DNA of 20,906 bases from Promethearchaeati archaeon. Its GTDB lineage: Archaea; Asgardarchaeota; Heimdallarchaeia; JABLTI01. Shown piece after piece: positions 16,766-20,906 of the stretch. The notes under the pieces are model-generated. The model did no database searches, was not told the origin of the DNA, and was given only the letters and a program-made list of their open reading frames with translations. The stretch is taken from assembly GCA_013166835.1 (NCBI GenBank), contig JABLTI010000042.1, positions 1 to 20,906 on the forward strand. Direction: 5' to 3'. Positions within the stretch are counted from its first letter, which is position 1. Every line of letters starts with the position of its first letter. The translations under genes were made by a program, and so were the position numbers.

Positions 16766-16800
16766 TATGAAAAATAACAATAATCTTTGAGTTGATACCA

Positions 16801-17595
16801 ATGAAAGATTTCACCATAGCGATTTATCAAATGGAGATAATCGTTGGAAAAAAACAGAAAAATCTAGAGAAATTTGAAAATATTATAAAAGAAAATTCAA
16901 CAGAAATAGATCTCTGGGTAGTCCCAGAATTGTTTACAACTGGATTCGCTTATAGTAAGTTCCCGGAACTTTGTGAAAATCTTAGCGACAGTTTCACATT
17001 GCAATTTTTAGAGAAATTGAGTGAAAAATATGATGTTGGGATTGCAGGTTCATTTTTAATAAGAAATGAAAAAAAAGCATTTCAAAATCTGGGTTTCATC
17101 ATTAGTTCTAGTAAGGGATTAATCTACAGATATCCGAAAATTCACCTATGGGGAAATGAGAAGAACTATTTCCTAGCCGGAACTAAGGTACCTCCTCCGA
17201 TAGATTTTGATGGGAAAGCAAAAATTGGATTGTCAATTTGTTATGACCTTAGGTTTCCAGAAGTATGTAGAAGTTTAGTGTTAAATGGCGCAGAAATTTT
17301 AGTTACAACTGCTGCTTGGCCAGAAGCAAGAACTTCTCATTTTGATCTTTTAGCAGCTGCAAGGGCATTGGAAAACACCTCCTATCATATTGCTGTAAAT
17401 AGAGTTGGACTTGAGAAAGATATCTATACAACAAAGTACTCTGGTTCATCTCGAGTAATAGATCCAATGGGGAATCCTATAGTCGAGCTTGGGGATGAAG
17501 AACAAGTAATTACAGCTAGCTTATCAGCAGAATTGCTGAAAGAAACAAGGGAGTACATCCCTGTTTTGAAAGATAGAAAGGAAATAAGCCTTTGA
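16801..17595 (+). CDS. Nitrilase-superfamily carbon-nitrogen hydrolase (omega-amidase-like); alternative TTG start 16792
   Basis: E-K-C triad motifs VPELFTTG, YPKIHL, ICYDLRFPE; ARALEN, GSSRVIDPMG. Confidence 0.9.
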   Translation: MKDFTIAIYQMEIIVGKKQKNLEKFENIIKENSTEIDLWVVPELFTTGFAYSKFPELCENLSDSFTLQFLEKLSEKYDVGIAGSFLIRNEKKAFQNLGFIISSSKGLIYRYPKIHLWGNEKNYFLAGTKVPPPIDFDGKAKIGLSICYDLRFPEVCRSLVLNGAEILVTTAAWPEARTSHFDLLAAARALENTSYHIAVNRVGLEKDIYTTKYSGSSRVIDPMGNPIVELGDEEQVITASLSAELLKETREYIPVLKDRKEISL

Positions 17596-17603
17596 CCAAT
17601 TTT

Positions 17604-18503
17604 CTACATAATTCCAAGAATTTCCTTAATCAATTTTGCAGCAGCTAATGCTGAAATTCCTGAGGGATCAAACTTTGGACACAATTCAACTATGTCAAAT
17701 GAATGGATTTTGATTCCTTGTAAACCATGCAGAAATTCGATTAATTCTCGAGTAGTCAATCCTGCAGGCTCCGGATTTCCTACACCAGGAGCATAAGCTG
17801 GATCAAGAACATCAAGATCTATAGATAAATACACTCCATCAAGATATTTTGGAATGAACGACTTTACAGTTTCAGCAGCTGTTTGAGGACCATTTTGAGC
17901 GATATCTTTTGTTGTGATTGTTTTAATTCCAACGGAATTCGCATAATCTATCTGCTCAGGAGTCGGTGATCTTATGCCGACCTGAATGATTGTTTCTGGT
18001 TCGATATTTGTTTCATCTATTATTCGTTTTACTACACATGCATGAGAGTATGGGTTCCCTTCATAATGTTCGTATAAATCGGGGTGTGCATCAATGTAAA
18101 TTAGACCCATTCGGAGATCTTGTAATTTCTTGAGAGCAGTAAATGCAAAGTATGTGCTTAGATGATCCCCCCCTAAAAAGAAGAAACGCATTCCATGACG
18201 GTGATATTTAGTAAGTGTGCTTAGAACAATGTGTTTCGCTTCCATAGCATCAGGGGTTTCAATTAATCCATCACCTAGATCAAAGATTTGCCAAGTGTCT
18301 TTGATGTTTCTCCCAGTCTCTGCAAACGAATTATAAAGCTGTCCAGAAGTTGCATGACGAATAAAAGTTGGTCCTTCAGCAGCACCTCGTCTAAAAGATG
18401 AGGATGCATCCCAAGGTATACCCAATACCCCTAGGTTTGCGAAATTAATGCTTTCAGTAACAGAATTGAAAAATGGTTCTTTAACAGCTGATTTTTGACT
18501 CAT
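17604..18503 (-). CDS. speB: Agmatinase (ureohydrolase family)
   Basis: GIPWD-SSFRRGA-GP, GGDH, DAHPD, SIDLDVLDPAYAPGVG, DIVELCP. Start moved to ATG 18503, which follows RBS GGTGAG. Confidence 0.85.
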   Translation of the reverse strand: MSQKSAVKEPFFNSVTESINFANLGVLGIPWDASSSFRRGAAEGPTFIRHATSGQLYNSFAETGRNIKDTWQIFDLGDGLIETPDAMEAKHIVLSTLTKYHRHGMRFFFLGGDHLSTYFAFTALKKLQDLRMGLIYIDAHPDLYEHYEGNPYSHACVVKRIIDETNIEPETIIQVGIRSPTPEQIDYANSVGIKTITTKDIAQNGPQTAAETVKSFIPKYLDGVYLSIDLDVLDPAYAPGVGNPEPAGLTTRELIEFLHGLQGIKIHSFDIVELCPKFDPSGISALAAAKLIKEILGIM

Positions 18504-18709
18504 AATTTCACACTCACCATATTTTAAGATAGAATTGTTACACAACTATATGATTTTTTTCGCAGAAAACCGATTATTATATGACCATAAACTATTAACG
18601 AACAAAAAAATATCTTTAAATATGTTTGAGACGTAATATAATATGAAACAAAGGAGAGTAGAGGTGTCAATGTTCCGAATGGTGACGAGTGCACTCTAGG
18701 AATAAGACA

Positions 18710-19393
18710 ATGACTCTAGGAAGATTAGAGAAATGGAGACCGGAAGAAGAATCAGAAATCGCTTATTACAAGCGCCTTCTCCGCAAATCACATAAACAAT
18801 ACTCATTATTGGATCTCCTAGCGGACGCTTTCTTTAGACAAGCTGATTACGAAGAAGCTATTCATTGTTGGCAAAAATTCTTTAGAAAAGGGACTGTGAA
18901 AGATAAATATCGAGTTTTCATGAAAATAGCTCAGTCATATGAGCATATTGGGGAAATAGAACATGCTTATCATTACTATGGGGAAGCAGTAAAAGCAAAT
19001 TCATGGAACTTGAATGCTCTTGGAAAATGGGGACAGATGGCTTATATCTTGGAAAACTATGAAGATGCTTTAGCATCATTTGAAACTATAACCAAACGAG
19101 AATCATATAATGAAATAGCTTGGCACAATTTAGGTCTGACAAATTACAACCTTGGCTTTCAAGAAGAAGCAATAAAATGCTTAGAAACCTCATTAACATT
19201 TGATGACGATAATGCAGACACTTGGTACACTTTAGCTACAATTTATGCAGAGAATTATCTTCTAGATAAAGCCTTGTTTGCTCTTGAACAAGCTTTAACA
19301 TTAGAACCTGAATTGAAAGAAACCGCTCAAGATGAACAATCATTCCATACACTTATGGATCTCTCATTGTTCAGATATATGATACAGGTTTAA
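18710..19393 (+). CDS. Tetratricopeptide repeat protein
   Basis: Repeated TPR patterns (AWHNLGLTNYNLGFQEEAIKCLETSL, TWYTLATIYA...ALEQALTLEP). Start uncertain (GTG 18689 or ATG 18710). Confidence 0.85.
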   Translation: MTLGRLEKWRPEEESEIAYYKRLLRKSHKQYSLLDLLADAFFRQADYEEAIHCWQKFFRKGTVKDKYRVFMKIAQSYEHIGEIEHAYHYYGEAVKANSWNLNALGKWGQMAYILENYEDALASFETITKRESYNEIAWHNLGLTNYNLGFQEEAIKCLETSLTFDDDNADTWYTLATIYAENYLLDKALFALEQALTLEPELKETAQDEQSFHTLMDLSLFRYMIQV

Positions 19394-19462
19394 GTGAAAA
19401 AAAAAATAGAAAAAAAGGGAAGAAGCTTCCCAATTTGGTTGTTCTAAATTATATTCTTTGGA

Positions 19463-19708
19463 CTAAAACCAATAGAATACAAAGAAACCCAGTAGCACAA
19501 TGACTACTGTTACAATTGGTATAATGCAAACTGCTAGCCAACCGAGTATTCTACCTATTCGGCCATTCGATTCACCAGCTGTACCTTTTGATGAATAACC
19601 AGTTATTATTGCAATAATTGGGCCGATACATGGTAGGATTTGTAAGCAACCAAGAATTCCGAATATTAAAGATATAGTTCCTGTAGATGTATCTTGTGGA
19701 TTAGGCAT
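19463..19708 (-). CDS. Small 2-TM membrane protein, DUF4190-like
   Basis: RBS AGGAG; ISLIFGILG...IGPIIAIITG...GRILGW pattern. Confidence 0.65.
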   Translation of the reverse strand: MPNPQDTSTGTISLIFGILGCLQILPCIGPIIAIITGYSSKGTAGESNGRIGRILGWLAVCIIPIVTVVIVLLGFFVFYWF

Positions 19709-19799
19709 TTTTTTAACTCCTTGTTAAAACATTTCATTTACCTTTTTTGTGTTAATAAATATTACTCAGAAAGTTGGAGTAAGCGATAAAGAGGTAGAA

Positions 19800-20555
19800 T
19801 CAGAAAAGGATTGATAAACAAGTCAATGCTCCATCGCATTTTGTGAATTCCGAAACATCAATAGCTTTAACTTTGAATCCTGCTTCTTGTACAGTTTCAA
19901 TTGCTTTTGGATATTTACTAGGCATTATGGTAACACCATGTATTGTAAGAGTGTTTGCTGCATATGATTCAGAACGAGGGATAATAACTTTAGTGAATTG
20001 CTTCAATTGTGGAATATTGGCAAATTTCTCAGCTACAGCCACAGTTTTTTTACCTAGGTAAGTGACATGACTCTTAAGATGCATGAATTCAGGGATAGGA
20101 ATGGTTTCAACATGAACATCCAGAAATGTTTGTAATTGATGAGCCCCATCAATATTGGTTCTTTGGGATAAGCCACAAATAAGACTATCTTCGAGATGGA
20201 TGACATCTCCACCATCAATGGTTGCAGGATCAGAAGCAGCACCTACATTAAAACGATCTTTGAGAACTTTTATGACCTCATTCTCTTCTCCCCGTCTACT
20301 TTCTGCACCTATTCGAGTAATGAAAGCTCTATTCTTATGAATGACAACAGTATCCTCAACGAAACAAGCATCTGGTAGTATGTCCTCTCGAGGCAAAGAA
20401 ATAATCTCTAAACCAAGCTCCTCAAGTGTTTGACAATAAATCTTATGTTGATGACGTGCTTGACCAATGTTGATGTATCTCTTAAGAGGATGATCGGAAA
20501 GACAACTGTCATAACTAATACCTGGTTCTCTGACAATTGCATACTTATATTTCAT
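19800..20555 (-). CDS. Dimethylarginine dimethylaminohydrolase-like amidinotransferase-superfamily protein
   Basis: PDACFVED, SRRGE, DGGDV, RTN, HLKS, YAAN, DGALTCLS. Start set at ATG 20555 (MKYKYAIVR) after RBS AGGGTG. Confidence 0.9.
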   Translation of the reverse strand: MKYKYAIVREPGISYDSCLSDHPLKRYINIGQARHQHKIYCQTLEELGLEIISLPREDILPDACFVEDTVVIHKNRAFITRIGAESRRGEENEVIKVLKDRFNVGAASDPATIDGGDVIHLEDSLICGLSQRTNIDGAHQLQTFLDVHVETIPIPEFMHLKSHVTYLGKKTVAVAEKFANIPQLKQFTKVIIPRSESYAANTLTIHGVTIMPSKYPKAIETVQEAGFKVKAIDVSEFTKCDGALTCLSILF

Positions 20556-20675
20556 AAAATAGCACCCTTGTTTTAACCTAGATTTATCTATGATAAACTG
20601 AAATAAAAGCTTTAGCTGAGCATTAAAAGATGAAAAATGAAATGAATTTTGTCTTTGTAGAGATTTCAATTCATT

Positions 20676-20906
20676 TCATTTCTTCAAAGTAACTAACCAT
20701 TGCAATAAATTCATTACTTTAATCTTAGGATCTGGTTCAGCATCAAAATCAAAGTCGTCTTCATCGAAGTCCATTTCATCTCGAGCAATTGTGTCTGCAC
20801 CTCTACCAAGTGTTAGTTCACAAGTAGGACAGAAAGTGAGAATAATTTCCGCACCTACTGCTTCTGCTTCTCGATACCTTTTCTTAGAAATTTCGATAGC
20901 AATTTC
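20676..20906 (-). CDS. CCG-domain (HdrB/D-like) Fe-S oxidoreductase, C-terminal fragment
   Basis: Manual translation: EIAIEISKKRYREAEAVGAEIILTFCPTCELTLGRG...KIKVMNLLQWLVTLKK*. EA-GA-I-T-CPxC is the typical end of a CCG domain. Confidence 0.75.
   Translation of the reverse strand, partial: EIAIEISKKRYREAEAVGAEIILTFCPTCELTLGRGADTIARDEMDFDEDDFDFDAEPDPKIKVMNLLQWLVTLKK

Noticed and set aside
18504-18545. N-terminal extension of agmatinase in the track
   Set aside because: RBS GGTGAG supports ATG 18503.
11115-20378. Shadow ORFs 11115..11543, 11679..12059, 13818..14021, 15292..15495, 16017..16205, 19843..20061, 20054..20242, 20155..20340, 20196..20378
   Set aside because: Overlap feoB, the LVIVD gene, xth or the DDAH-like gene, with no independent motifs.
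20556-20669. N-terminal extension of the DDAH-like ORF in the track
   Set aside because: Family-like sequence begins at MKYKYAIVR with its own RBS; the extension looks intergenic.

Overview
AT-rich, gene-dense prokaryotic window. GAGGT/GGTGA-type ribosome-binding sites, BRE/TATA-like promoters and T-tract terminators suggest an archaeon, possibly Asgard (inference only). Left part (+ strand): partial MBL-fold hydrolase, three aldo/keto reductases with C-terminal Fe-S domains, a GNAT-like protein, a VOC protein, two paralogous proteins built from 29-aa tandem repeats behind a SHOCT-like N-terminus, and an AAC(3)/YokD-family acetyltransferase. Centre: an ArsR-type regulator divergent from a ~1.1 kb region the ORF track does not explain (8.9-10.0 kb). 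By eye this region holds 4-5 related short basic peptide ORFs, palindromic operator-like sites and many + strand hairpins, and it is the best candidate for an undescribed system. Next are feoB-(His/Arg-tailed membrane protein)-feoC with a DtxR-like box, an LVIVD-repeat surface protein, exonuclease III, a nitrilase-family amidase, agmatinase, a TPR protein, a small membrane protein, a DDAH-like amidinotransferase and a partial CCG-domain Fe-S protein. I saw no rRNA, tRNA, CRISPR array or transposase. All calls are from manual motif reading; no searches or folding programs were run.
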